From positions 192,001 to 256,000 of the forward strand of contig CAVOKF010000008.1 of NCBI GenBank assembly GCA_963696385.1: DNA of 64,000 nucleotides. The letters are read 5' to 3'. The notes under the pieces are model-generated. The model was not told the origin of the DNA, ran no database searches, and worked only from the letters and a program-made list of their open reading frames with translations. Source of the DNA: an uncultured delta proteobacterium (GTDB taxonomy: Bacteria > Myxococcota_A > Polyangia > Polyangiales > Polyangiaceae). This document shows positions 30,281 through 40,700 of the stretch, in pieces (the stretch's first letter is position 1; each line of letters begins with the position of its first letter). Both the position numbers and the translations under genes were made by a program.

Positions 30281-30304
30281 AACCGCGTGACTCGCTCGGG
30301 GGGA

Positions 30305-31258
30305 TCAGAAGAGATATCGCTCCCCCGTATCGCATAGGACGGTCAGGACGATGCCCTGTCGCTCGCGGCCCGATGCGAGGTCGGCGCCGGCGACTCCCCC
30401 CGTTCGAGCCGCGACCTCGCATGCCGCATGGACGTTCGCGCCCGACGAGGGGCCGACCAGCAGGCCTTCTTCTCTCGCCAGGCGCGTGGCCATGCGCTCC
30501 GCGGCGACGTCGGACACGGTCATCACCCGGTCGATCACGCTGCGATCGAGAGTCTCCGGAACGAAGCCGGCGCCGATTCCCTGAATGCCGTGCAGGCCGG
30601 CGGGACCGCCGCTGAGCACGGCGCTCGCCGAAGGTTCGACGGCCACGACCTGGACGCCTGGTCGCTCCCGCTTGATCACCCGGCCCACCCCCGACAGAGT
30701 TCCCCCGGTTCCGACGCCCGCGACGAAGGCCACCAGATCGTCGCCCACGGCGTCGAGGATCTCGCGGGCCGTCGTTCGCTCATGCGCCTCCGGATTCGCC
30801 GGATTTTCGAACTGGCAGGGCATGAACGCACGATCGGTCTGCCGCGCGATCGCCCTGGCGCGATCGACCGCCCCGGCCATTCCGCCGTCCGCGGGGGTCA
30901 GCTCGATCTTCGCGCCGTAGGCCCGCAGCACGTGCCGCCGTTCCAGGCTCATGTCTTCGGGCATCACGAGAATGCAGCGATAACCGCGGACCGCCGCGAT
31001 CATGGCCAGTGAGATCCCCGTATTGCCGCTCGTGGCTTCGACGATGACCGCGCCCGGACCCAGATGGCCGGCCCTCTCGGCGGCTTCGATCATCGCGAGC
31101 GCGGGGCGATCTTTCACACTGGCGCCCGGATTTTTCACTTCGAGCTTGCCGACGACGGACGCGCCCCGACTCGGCCCTATTCTCGAGAGTCGCACGAGCG
31201 GAGTGTGCCCGATGAGATCGAGAACGCTGCCCGCGATGGCATCGTGCGGACGAGACAT
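30305..31258 (-). CDS. cysK: Cysteine synthase
   Basis: NPGASVKDR, EATSGNTG, GVGTGGT, IQGIGAGF, DTGERY. Confidence 0.95.
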   Translation of the reverse strand: MSRPHDAIAGSVLDLIGHTPLVRLSRIGPSRGASVVGKLEVKNPGASVKDRPALAMIEAAERAGHLGPGAVIVEATSGNTGISLAMIAAVRGYRCILVMPEDMSLERRHVLRAYGAKIELTPADGGMAGAVDRARAIARQTDRAFMPCQFENPANPEAHERTTAREILDAVGDDLVAFVAGVGTGGTLSGVGRVIKRERPGVQVVAVEPSASAVLSGGPAGLHGIQGIGAGFVPETLDRSVIDRVMTVSDVAAERMATRLAREEGLLVGPSSGANVHAACEVAARTGGVAGADLASGRERQGIVLTVLCDTGERYLF

Positions 31259-31271
31259 CCGTCGCACGGTA

Positions 31272-31880
31272 TCAGAAGATGCGCTGACCGATCTTGATGG
31301 TGTCGCCCGCCTGCAGGGGAACATCGGCCAGCTTGCCCTCGGTGATGTCGTCGACGTTGATCGTCGCCGTCACCGTTCGCTTCGGCCCGACGATGCGCGT
31401 AAGCCGCACGTGATCGCCGTCGGCCAAAGGGGTCAGGCCGCCTGAAATCCAGATGGCGTCGATGAGCTTCATGCCCTCAGACCACGAAATGACTCCGGGC
31501 TTGGCCACGGCGCCGATGATGCTCACTTTTTTGGAGTTGTACTGTTTGACGATGAGCGTCACCTGAGGATTGACCAGGATCTTCCGCTCGATGAGCTGTC
31601 TCTTGATGAGCTCTTCGATTTCCTGGGGCTCCAGGCCAGCCACCGTGACGCGGTCGAGATAAGGAAAATCCACCGTGCCGTCGGGTTGGATGCGAAACTC
31701 GGGAGGCAAATCCTTCTCGCCAAGGATCGAGACGGAGAACGTGTCGCCAGGCCCGACGGTGGTGCTCTGCGTCGGGGGCGGCAAGTTCACCGCCGAGGCA
31801 CGCCCCGACCGTGCGCATCCGACCGCCAGCGCCAACACGACGACCAGCCACACCCAGCGCCCCAACACGAAGTCATCCAT
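31272..31880 (-). CDS. Short OPX (Wza-like) polysaccharide export lipoprotein
   Basis: LAVGC lipobox, GPGD...DGTVDFPY poly_export motif, SLBB, ends LQAGDTIKIGQRIF with no C-terminal OM helix. Confidence 0.9.
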   Translation of the reverse strand: MDDFVLGRWVWLVVVLALAVGCARSGRASAVNLPPPTQSTTVGPGDTFSVSILGEKDLPPEFRIQPDGTVDFPYLDRVTVAGLEPQEIEELIKRQLIERKILVNPQVTLIVKQYNSKKVSIIGAVAKPGVISWSEGMKLIDAIWISGGLTPLADGDHVRLTRIVGPKRTVTATINVDDITEGKLADVPLQAGDTIKIGQRIF

Positions 31881-31960
31881 CTGCGTTTACGCCGCCGCCA
31901 GCATGCCAAAACCGGGGCGCCGGCGCCACGCGTCGGCGCGAGCCACCAACCGGTCGGACA

Positions 31961-33451
31961 TCAGAGAAACAGGCGCAAGCCGAGGTACGCCTCGACGCGC
32001 TGCCACGCCATTCCGTAATAGCCGGTCGTGCCCGGCGGGGGCCCGACGCCCGGGATCGTCACGACGTCTTCGACCTTCGTGTTGCTGAATGTCTCGCTGT
32101 ATCGAACCGTCGCGTTCAAGCCGAACGTGTTGGTGAACCGGTACTCGCCAAAGACACTCGCATCGGCCACGACGTCGGTGAACGATGGGCCGCGCTCCTG
32201 AGGCACGAGCGGGCTCGTGCCACCGCCCTCCAGCCAATACATCGTTGGATATTGCACGGCACCGACGCCACCCTGAACCGAAATGACGGCGCGCCCGGCA
32301 AACATGTAGTCGAATTTAAGATATCCGCGATCCAGAATGTCGTAATTGCCCAAATAGCTGTTCTGAAAATCGCGCGTAAAGCCGAGTGAGATCGACGAAA
32401 GCGCGAGGCCGATGTCGGTCGCCCGTGCGATTCCCGGGCTCGCGGCGAGATACCACTTGAGCTCCGCCTGCGCGAGCAGGCTGTCGAACTGCTGCACGTC
32501 GGGAATTTTATTGTCGTTAAAGCTGGCTCCCCACCCCAGCATGGCCAGGACCGCGAAGCGCTCGGTGATGAGGCCGTTCAAACCGAGTCGAGCGCGCACC
32601 GGCGTCGAGCTGACCAAGCCCTGCGCACGCGCCAGGTCGGCGTTGGTGTACGTAAAAAAGTCCAGCGTCCCATCGTACAGGAGTGCGGTCCGCGGGCGGA
32701 ACCGCCAACGGCCACGCATGTACGCTTCGTTCGAATAGTTCGTAAAGGGCTGAGCGACGCTTTCTTCGAAGAGCGTCGTGGAGAACCGATACCCGAAGTG
32801 CCAGTCGAGAGTGCCTCCGCCCGGAAGAATCGCGATTTCGGCGCCGGCTGTGACCGTATCCTGATTGAACGAGACGTTCGGGTCGGCGTTGCCCTGATTG
32901 GGCAAGATGGTGCGCCCGTAGCTCGCGAAAACCGCACCGCCGACGGGACGATTCGGCAGGATGTCGAGACGCGCGTCCGCGGCGCCCCCCACGTTGGCTT
33001 GCCCCGCGATGTCGTTTTGCGGCTGCGACGCGTCGCTCGTGACACCAAAATAGGCCCGGTACGTCGCATTCACGCCCGCTCGAAACGCGACCGCCGGGGT
33101 CTCGAGGGGTCCTTCGTCTTGCCGTCGCTGCACACCGACCGTCGAGAGGTATAAGGACGGGGTCACCCGCAATTCGAGCGCAGGGACGACAGGCGCTTCG
33201 GGCGAACCGTTGTCGACCTTCTGCTGGTTGCTCCGCTGAAACCAGTTGGAGTCGTAGCCAAACTCGCCGGCAATACCCGGATGGATCTCGAGATCGCCGG
33301 CTTGAATGCCGATGCCTTCGGAATAGCGCCGATCCTTCAGCCACGTCGGCGTATCCGGCTGCGAGGTGTACTGCGGCTGTGCGAACGCCGCCGCCCCTAC
33401 CAGGAGCAGCGCAAGCGCGACAGCGGACGATACGAGGCCTCTCTTGATCAT
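31961..33451 (-). CDS. Outer-membrane beta-barrel protein, putative polysaccharide porin partnering OPX
   Basis: Signal peptide, GYDSN motif, alternating beta-strands, C-terminal AYLGLRLFL. Confidence 0.82.
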   Translation of the reverse strand: MIKRGLVSSAVALALLLVGAAAFAQPQYTSQPDTPTWLKDRRYSEGIGIQAGDLEIHPGIAGEFGYDSNWFQRSNQQKVDNGSPEAPVVPALELRVTPSLYLSTVGVQRRQDEGPLETPAVAFRAGVNATYRAYFGVTSDASQPQNDIAGQANVGGAADARLDILPNRPVGGAVFASYGRTILPNQGNADPNVSFNQDTVTAGAEIAILPGGGTLDWHFGYRFSTTLFEESVAQPFTNYSNEAYMRGRWRFRPRTALLYDGTLDFFTYTNADLARAQGLVSSTPVRARLGLNGLITERFAVLAMLGWGASFNDNKIPDVQQFDSLLAQAELKWYLAASPGIARATDIGLALSSISLGFTRDFQNSYLGNYDILDRGYLKFDYMFAGRAVISVQGGVGAVQYPTMYWLEGGGTSPLVPQERGPSFTDVVADASVFGEYRFTNTFGLNATVRYSETFSNTKVEDVVTIPGVGPPPGTTGYYGMAWQRVEAYLGLRLFL

Positions 33452-33581
33452 CGGTTCGGACGAAAGGTACACCACTCTACGGCAGAGCTACGGCGAAACG
33501 TACATTCGCATTTTGCGAATCGCCCGCGAGCACAGAACGTCTTTGCGTGGGCCACGGAGAGCGCGTCAGCCCCCCCCTACC

Positions 33582-34175
33582 TCACATGACGCAGGAGGTG
33601 CAGGGGGGCGGGGTGGTGACGATGGCTGGAGGCGCACCCAAGGGTGGAAACCCGGTGTTGTCTTCGCCGGTGCCCGGCAAGTTCGGGTCGATCTCGGTGA
33701 TGATCTGGGTCTGCCCGGTAAAGGCGACCTCCGACCCGAGACACTGATTCGCCTCCGCGGCCAGCTGCTCGACGCGCTGACGCAGGACACTCATGATCGT
33801 GAATTCGTGGTTCGCCAACTCCGTGTCGCTCCGTTGCACGGCGGCCTGGAGCGACGCCTGACGGTCTTTCGTGGAACGTCCGGCGACGTCGACTTGCGAG
33901 AGCTTGTCGCTCAAGCACAACGACTTGACGACGTCGCGGGCCTGACGAGCCGCATCGAGCTGCCGGCGAACGACGCCAGCGGCTTGGTCGATGCGAGCGA
34001 TGATGGCGTTCGATTGCACCAGCTCGTCTTGCAGAGACAAGCGAGGACGCGCTTCGAACCCGACCTGCGCCGACGGGGCCGTTCCGGTTCCGTTTTGCGC
34101 GGCCGCCGTCCCCGCCGCCAACACGAGCATCGCGACTGCTCCCCACCGTAGACCCGCCCCAAGTCCTATCGCCAA
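33582..34175 (-). CDS. Secreted helical hypothetical protein
   Basis: Signal peptide (AAAQ), coiled-coil body with paired Cys. Confidence 0.75.
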   Translation of the reverse strand: MAIGLGAGLRWGAVAMLVLAAGTAAAQNGTGTAPSAQVGFEARPRLSLQDELVQSNAIIARIDQAAGVVRRQLDAARQARDVVKSLCLSDKLSQVDVAGRSTKDRQASLQAAVQRSDTELANHEFTIMSVLRQRVEQLAAEANQCLGSEVAFTGQTQIITEIDPNLPGTGEDNTGFPPLGAPPAIVTTPPPCTSCVM

Positions 34176-34438
34176 GATAGCCTCCGATCCCTCGCGTGTG
34201 TCCGTAACCGACTTTAACGGTCGAGGTGGATAGTGTCAACGTGGCATGATGCGACATTGCCCAAGTGGTCGGAGCCGTCCGGACATTGCCGAAGTAGCCG
34301 GAGCCGTTCGATCGACCCGACCCGGAGTCGTACGTTGCGCCGGCAGGCACCGGCATTCAGCGCGAGCGCCTGAGCCCGAGTTGCGATTTCCGTCCGTCGG
34401 GCTCGCTCTCCCACGCGCGCGCGCACGCCGACCGTGGT

Positions 34439-35860
34439 TCAACCGCCTTGGCGCACGAAATTGAACGGCACGCTGATCGTGGATCCATTCGCGCCCGGCG
34501 GGTCGAACTTGGCTCGCCTCGCCACAGACGCGATGCAACCCGCCACTTGAGCCGAAAGCCCGCTGTTGCTCGCGACGTTCGTCGAATCGACCTCGCCGCT
34601 CGGGGCCACTTTGATCAAGAGGACCAGCTTGCCGGCTTGGCTCGGATCCGTTTCGAGCCCCCTTTGGTAGCAGCGCTTCGCCCCAGGGTGAATTTGGCTT
34701 CGAATGACCGCCTCGGCGTTGCTCACAGGAACGCTCATCGAGGAACCGGCATATTGCACGTCGCCGACCGGAACGACTTTGGTCGCCTGACCGGCGCCCG
34801 TCGACGCGCCCCCCGTATCGCCTCCGTGCAGTCCCTGCAGCCCGCCGCTGCCGCGGCCTGGTTGAATCGGACCCCCCGCACCCCCCGGCATATTCAGGCC
34901 GTTGGCGCCTTGATTGCTAATCCCGCCCATGCTGCGCGCCAGTTGATTCAAGTCGACGGGAGCGCCGTTATCGTCCTTCATCGCGCCGTTGATATTGGGT
35001 CCACCGTTGAGCGCGGCGAGGATGGCGATGCGGGCCTGATCGGCCTCGTTCAGCAGCCCCGAGACCACCCGGGCGTCGGGCGCCGTCGGCCCCGCTTTCG
35101 CGGCCTTGCCCTCGGCCTGGGCTTTCGGCGCTTGCGTCGGGGCCGGTGCCGTGTCCGTCGACGACGCGCTCGATGTCGGGGTTTCCGCCGTTTCGACGGG
35201 GGGCGGCACCGTCCTTTGCACCATGTCGATGAGCCCCGCCGTGATGTCGTCGTTGACGACGGGGTCCATCCAGTCGCTGTACATCGCGCCGACGAGGCCG
35301 AAGTGCACGAGGAAGCTGAACGCCGCGATGACCGTCAGGTTCCAGTCGATTTGATTGGCGAGCCCCCCCTTGACCGAGAGCGGCAACTGCGGTCGAGGCT
35401 GCACCGGCGGCGGCGCCACGAACTGGAAGAGGAACGTCGTCTCGCCGATCACGATCTTGCCGCGAGCCTCCTCGGTCAGACGAACCTGGTACGCGGGGCC
35501 CACCCGCCGCGCTTGGCCCTTGAGGCCCGCGAGATCCGAGATGCCCGTTGCCAGCGCGATGCGACCGGTCATCCCGTCGAAAAAATTCAGGTAGTAGTCG
35601 CCGCCGATGAGCTCGAACAGTTTGAACTGCGCAGGGACGTTCGCCTGCACGACGAACGTCGATCGTTCGCTCGGTCCGACGGTCACGCTCGTGCGCTGCT
35701 TGACGATGCGTTCTTCGACGATGCGTCCGGAAGCCACGAGCCCGATGCGCAGCACCTTCGGACCGCTCGCCTGCTGCATCGCCCGCATCACGGCGGTCAT
35801 CTGGCCGGGACGTCCCGAATGCACCTGCGGTCCTACGCCCGGCCCCGTGCCCTGATTCAT
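34439..35860 (-). CDS. GltG/PglI-like protein (N-terminal domain, TM, TonB-C-like domain)
   Basis: TM FSFLVHFG; KRCYQRGL.DP..AGKL...ISVPFNF AgmX/PglI-type C-terminus. Confidence 0.85.
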   Translation of the reverse strand: MNQGTGPGVGPQVHSGRPGQMTAVMRAMQQASGPKVLRIGLVASGRIVEERIVKQRTSVTVGPSERSTFVVQANVPAQFKLFELIGGDYYLNFFDGMTGRIALATGISDLAGLKGQARRVGPAYQVRLTEEARGKIVIGETTFLFQFVAPPPVQPRPQLPLSVKGGLANQIDWNLTVIAAFSFLVHFGLVGAMYSDWMDPVVNDDITAGLIDMVQRTVPPPVETAETPTSSASSTDTAPAPTQAPKAQAEGKAAKAGPTAPDARVVSGLLNEADQARIAILAALNGGPNINGAMKDDNGAPVDLNQLARSMGGISNQGANGLNMPGGAGGPIQPGRGSGGLQGLHGGDTGGASTGAGQATKVVPVGDVQYAGSSMSVPVSNAEAVIRSQIHPGAKRCYQRGLETDPSQAGKLVLLIKVAPSGEVDSTNVASNSGLSAQVAGCIASVARRAKFDPPGANGSTISVPFNFVRQGG

Positions 35861-36038
35861 CTCTGAAACGCCTTTCTCGGAGACATCGTACCCGTGGCCC
35901 GCGTTACCCCGCTGCGCTCGCTCTCGATTCGCCGGCGCAGCGCACCCGAATGCCCGCCAACCCTGCCAGGTTACACGAACGCGACCCGCCGCCCAAACGC
36001 CTGACGGCGCGCCCACCAGACGGGGCCCAAGGCCCCAA

Positions 36039-36314
36039 TCAAAATGGATCGTTGTGAACGGCGGCCTCAATTCGATCGAGAAACGGCTGGCGCAACTCGG
36101 CCAGCGTCAGCTTGGGCTGGATCTTGGCGACGTCCACCGCGGCCACAGGCTTTTGCACGCGGCCCACGATCGTGATTTCGCCAATCTGCAGGACCCCTGG
36201 CTGCGGCTTGGGCGGGCGCGGAGCGGCGTTGGCCGTCCGATCCTGGGCCTGAACGGAGACCGTGGACAAGACGGCCGCGACAAGAACGGCCCCTCGGATG
36301 GCGATGCGATGCAT
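36039..36314 (-). CDS. GltF-like small secreted protein
   Basis: Signal peptide; EITIVGRVQKP...FLDRIEAAVHNDPF; position between GltE-like and GltG-like genes. Confidence 0.75.
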   Translation of the reverse strand: MHRIAIRGAVLVAAVLSTVSVQAQDRTANAAPRPPKPQPGVLQIGEITIVGRVQKPVAAVDVAKIQPKLTLAELRQPFLDRIEAAVHNDPF

Positions 36315-36331
36315 GATGGTTCTCCTCGTCG

Positions 36332-37714
36332 TCAAGGCTTGCCGCTCGGAACACTCGGGGCCGGCGCAGGGGCCACGGGGTGGGGCGCCGAGGCCGATGG
36401 CGCGCCGCCCGTGGCCGATGGCGACGGTGGGGTCGAAGCCGCGGACGCGGCCTGCTTTTTGAGCTGAAGCTCGCTTTGCTTTCGTTTGGCGGTACTCAGG
36501 AGCTCGTCCACGTCGTCGCCCTGTCCCTTCAAGGCTTTGGCGCCGCGCATGGATTTGTAGTTCTGAAGCTCCGCGATGGCTCGCGTGATCTGGTCTTCCG
36601 GGCCGCCGACCCCAGGCACCGAGGGAGAAAACAAATACAGAAGCCCCAAGTCGTAGTGCGCGCCGGCCAGCGTCGAATCCATCCCGAGCGCCGTGTCGAA
36701 CTCCCTCTTGGCCTCAGCCGACTGGCCGAGCAGTCGGTAGCAGTCACCGAGATCCAGGTGCGCGACCGCCATGTTGGGGGAATAGCGTACGGCTTTCTCG
36801 AGCGGCGATTCGGCTTCCGTCGCGTTGCCCGCTTCGAGCTTCATTTCGCCGAGGTTCGCGTACGCCTCGAACAGGTCCGACCGCTGGGCAATCGCGCGTT
36901 CGAAGTCGGCGATGGCCTGTTTTCGCTGCCCACTTTCGCGCTCGATGAGTGCGCGCAGCAAGAGCGCCTGAGGATTTCCCGCGTCGCGGGGCGGAATCGA
37001 CCCGTCGCCCGCCCCGTCGAGAATGGCCCCAAGCGCGTATCGGGCGAGATCCCACCGGTGACTGCGGTAATAGTCGCGCGCGATGACCACCATCGCGTCT
37101 TTGAAGTCGGGCTGTTTGGCAAGCGCCTGCTGTGCGAGCTGCTGGCAGCCGGCGCTGTCGCCTTCGAGCGACTTGACCTCCGCGAGATCCACGATGAGCG
37201 CCACGGACTGGGGGTCTTTGGCGCGCTCGCCCACGAGAAACTGCTCGGCCTCGGGTCCCCGGCCCGAACGGGCGAGAAGCACGGCGTAGCCGCCGACGGC
37301 CGGCTCGCTCCTGGGCTTGGCCAAGGAGCCCGCGCGAAAGGCGTCGAGAGCACCGGACGTGTCGCCCAAGCGTTCGAGGACGCAACCGAGCGAATAGCGC
37401 GCCGCACCCGAGTTGGGCGCGCGACTCACCGCGTCGCCGAACGCCGCCTTTGCGCTCTTGAGATCGCCCGACGTCCACGCCTGAAACCCGCGATCGTACG
37501 CGGCCTTCGCGTCGCCCGACAAGTCGGCACCCGCCGGGGGGCCGGCGGAAAGGTGGGCCACCTCGGCCGGTGTCGACGCCGCGGCAGCCGCGGCGACCTC
37601 GGGGCTGGGCGCCGTCTTGGGCGGCGGAGGTTCGGCCCCCCCGCAGCCCGATAGCGCGATCGCGGCCGCCCAGGCGGAGGTCACCCCGATCCCGGGAAAT
37701 CTTACGCGTCGCAC
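36332..37714 (-). CDS. GltE/AglT-like TPR lipoprotein
   Basis: LSGC lipobox, many TPRs, AHYDLGLLYL. Confidence 0.8.
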   Translation of the reverse strand: MRRVRFPGIGVTSAWAAAIALSGCGGAEPPPPKTAPSPEVAAAAAASTPAEVAHLSAGPPAGADLSGDAKAAYDRGFQAWTSGDLKSAKAAFGDAVSRAPNSGAARYSLGCVLERLGDTSGALDAFRAGSLAKPRSEPAVGGYAVLLARSGRGPEAEQFLVGERAKDPQSVALIVDLAEVKSLEGDSAGCQQLAQQALAKQPDFKDAMVVIARDYYRSHRWDLARYALGAILDGAGDGSIPPRDAGNPQALLLRALIERESGQRKQAIADFERAIAQRSDLFEAYANLGEMKLEAGNATEAESPLEKAVRYSPNMAVAHLDLGDCYRLLGQSAEAKREFDTALGMDSTLAGAHYDLGLLYLFSPSVPGVGGPEDQITRAIAELQNYKSMRGAKALKGQGDDVDELLSTAKRKQSELQLKKQAASAASTPPSPSATGGAPSASAPHPVAPAPAPSVPSGKP

Positions 37715-37769
37715 GATCGCACACTCCCTGTCTTGACGATGTTGGCGGGCGGCATGGGCACAGGACCTT

Positions 37770-40700
37770 CTACGGAGCCGCCGGCAACGGCGCCGGTTCT
37801 CCGTTGGCGGGAGGCGCGAAGACGACCCCGGATCGCCACTGCAAGAACTCGCCGGGAACGTAGACCAACTTCGAGTTCGGACTGAGCGGGTCCGGCGTAT
37901 TTTCGACGTACGCCTTCATCTTGTCGTCACCCAGATAGTCGGTGAGGTAGGCGAGACGCCCGACGGCGCTCTGAACCGCCGCGTCCTTCACGTTGTACTT
38001 GCGCGCCGTGAGCGCCGCCGTCGCGTATTTGCTGACCATCTTTTGATTGCAGACTTCCATGTACTGGTCTTTGGTCGTCCGCCACTTGCTGCGCACCTGG
38101 TCGCGCATGTCGTCCATCTGCTGCCGGATCTGGTCGGCCTTGTCGCCCTGCCCCGCCGCGTCGAGCTTGGCGGCGACGCCCTCGAGCCGTTTGAGAAGCG
38201 CGTCCTGCTGCGCGGTGAAGTACTTGGGAACGACCAAGTCGAGTCCGGTGCGGATCGAGTCGTAGAGCGATCCGATTCGCGCCGTCGCCGCCGCCGCCCA
38301 CTGGAACGACCCGTACTGTTGCGCAATGTGCTCGAGCGGCGGCCGCCACTTCTTTTCGGCCTCTCCGAGATCCTTGTCCACGGCCTTGGTCACGTCGACG
38401 GCGTTGCCGGCGTAGTGATGATTGCCGGCGGCGTAATCGAACCCCGCGCGCACCTCTTCGTCGACCAACGTGAAGTCCGCCTCACCCCCATAGTCGGAGT
38501 AGGGCACGTCGGTCGCGAAGATCTGGACCGTCTTGTTGTCGGCCGCGGCGGCCGCGGCCGGGTAGGACTTGAAAAACTCCCAGTCCGCAATCGTCGTCTT
38601 GAACCAGCTTCGGAACGTGGGGTCTCCCTGCGACTGAAGCATTTTCGCGACGCGGAACGCCGCTTCGAGCGAGTAGCGCGCCGCTTCGGGACGGCCCTTG
38701 TTCGCGGCGTGAAATCGCGTCAATTCGGCGACGGCGAGCTTGCGAGCCGCCCCGTTGGCGCCGGCGTCGCCGCCGTTCGGATCCCACTGCGCGTAGTCGA
38801 AGCTCGCCTTCAAATAGTCCGCTTCGACGCGCTTCGAAGCCGACAGATGCATCTTGGAATCGACCAAGACGGCGTACATCGTGTTCATGTCCGATCGGTC
38901 GCTCAGATTCGAATACAAGACCATCGCGATGCGCGCCGCGTTCGAGCGGCGATCTTGGTCGAAGCGCGGATTGGTGGCGATCTTCGCGAAGGATTCGGCC
39001 GCGCGCTGATACGCAAAGAAGCCGTAATAGGTACTCGACAGGGCATCGTGGGCCATTCCGAGGTACTTGATGCGCTCTTTGTACTCGTCCGGGTTCGGGG
39101 CGACCTTTTCGCCCTTCTTGGCTGGGTCGATCCCGCCGTTTTGCAGCCGATCGAGGATCTCCTCACTGCCGTAATTGCTGATGAACAGCTGGTACAGATC
39201 GATCGCTTTGTTGAACTCGCCCACCTGCTTGTAACAGTAGGCGGAGTTGATGGCCGCCGCCGGGGCGTCCTTGTGGGACGGCGCGGCACGCAGAGCGTCC
39301 TCGTACATCTTGCCGGCTTTTCGCCAGAGCGCATCGCGATCGGGCCCGGGCGCCGCGTCCTTGGCTTGCTTGAAGACCTTGTTCGCGTCTTCGAACGCCG
39401 CGTTCTGCAAGACCAGATCCGTCAGCACGCCGCGTTTTTCCTCGGCGACCTGCAGCTCGGTCTTGGCGCACGAACTGCGCTTCTCGGCTTCCGCCAGCTC
39501 GCGCGACCGCGCGGCATCCTTCTGGATGTTGCTCATGACGATGAGCCGCTTCCACGCCTCGTAGCCGAGCGCGTCCTTGCCGCAACGTTCCTTGTAGATC
39601 GCCTCGAATCGGACGGTCGCCTCTTTGAAATGGCCGTAGAGGTAATACTGATCGGCCGAATACGAGGCGTATTCTGCCGCCCGATTCTGCTTGTCGCGCT
39701 CCGGCGGCACCCGCTCGATGTATTCGTCGCGCGACTGCATCGATTTCTCGATCACGGCCGGAATGTCTTCGACCACAACCGTCTTGTCGCCCTCGGTACC
39801 TTGAAGCTTGACGTCTTTGCGCGGTTCGATGCCGACCGTCCCGCCGGAGTCCTGCCATCTCTGGAACGCGAGATCCCGGTCGACGTCGGCGAGGTCGACG
39901 ACGAACAGCCCCGCGTTGTCGATGAACTGATCGTCTTCGTCGGAATCGCGCACGTCGACCGCCGCCCGTTCCGCCGTCGCAATCTCCGGAGAAGTCGGCT
40001 CCCCGTACTCCTTGGGATCGAATTGATGCAGGGCGACTTCGAGACGCACTTGGTTATGCAACGCGTCCGCATAGAAGTAGCGGCTCTTGTAGGAGTCGGC
40101 CGCGTTCTCGTCCTGCTTCAAGTAGCCGAGCCAGCCGATCGCGGCGAGCCGGTATTCCTGAATCGCGTAGTTGGTCAGACGCAGCTTTTCCTTGGGGTCG
40201 CCCGTTTGGTCGGCCTGCTCGATCGCGGCTTGCCCGTTGCGGGTGTGCGTAATCGCGGCGCCCTTCAAACCGGTCCTCACGAGTTCTTCGGCGCGCCGGA
40301 GTGCCTCGGGATTGTCCTTGTTGGCATCCACCCAGGACGAATCGCCCGTGTACTTCGACAGCAACGTGCGCGACTCCAGAACCTTGCGCTCGTATTCCCG
40401 CCGTTCGTCGCCCATCTTGGTCTGGCGCACGAGCAAATCGTACACCTCGGCGATTCCGTTTTGCGCGTCGGGGGCCGATGGATCGTTCGGCCACTTGTCG
40501 AGCATCATCTGGTACGTGGCAAGGGCATTTTTATATTGATTGATCGCTCGGAACTCGAGGGCGAGGGCCTGGTAGATCTCGATCGTCCAGGGCTTGTCCT
40601 GGGGGATGAGGCGCGGATCCTGGACTCGCTCGATGGCGACATGCAGTTTGGCCTCGCCCTCGGCCGGACTTCGCGCGGTATCGAGAATATCCGGCCGTGC

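Noticed and set aside
29975..30290. PTSTP/GVEVG-repeat proteins encoded by the hexamer tracts
   Set aside because: These are read-throughs of non-coding simple repeats or of the frameshifted upstream gene.
34232..34262. Sigma-54 promoter (TGGCA...TTGC)
   Set aside because: The GG-to-GC spacing does not fit -24/-12, and the orientation is opposite to the neighbouring genes.
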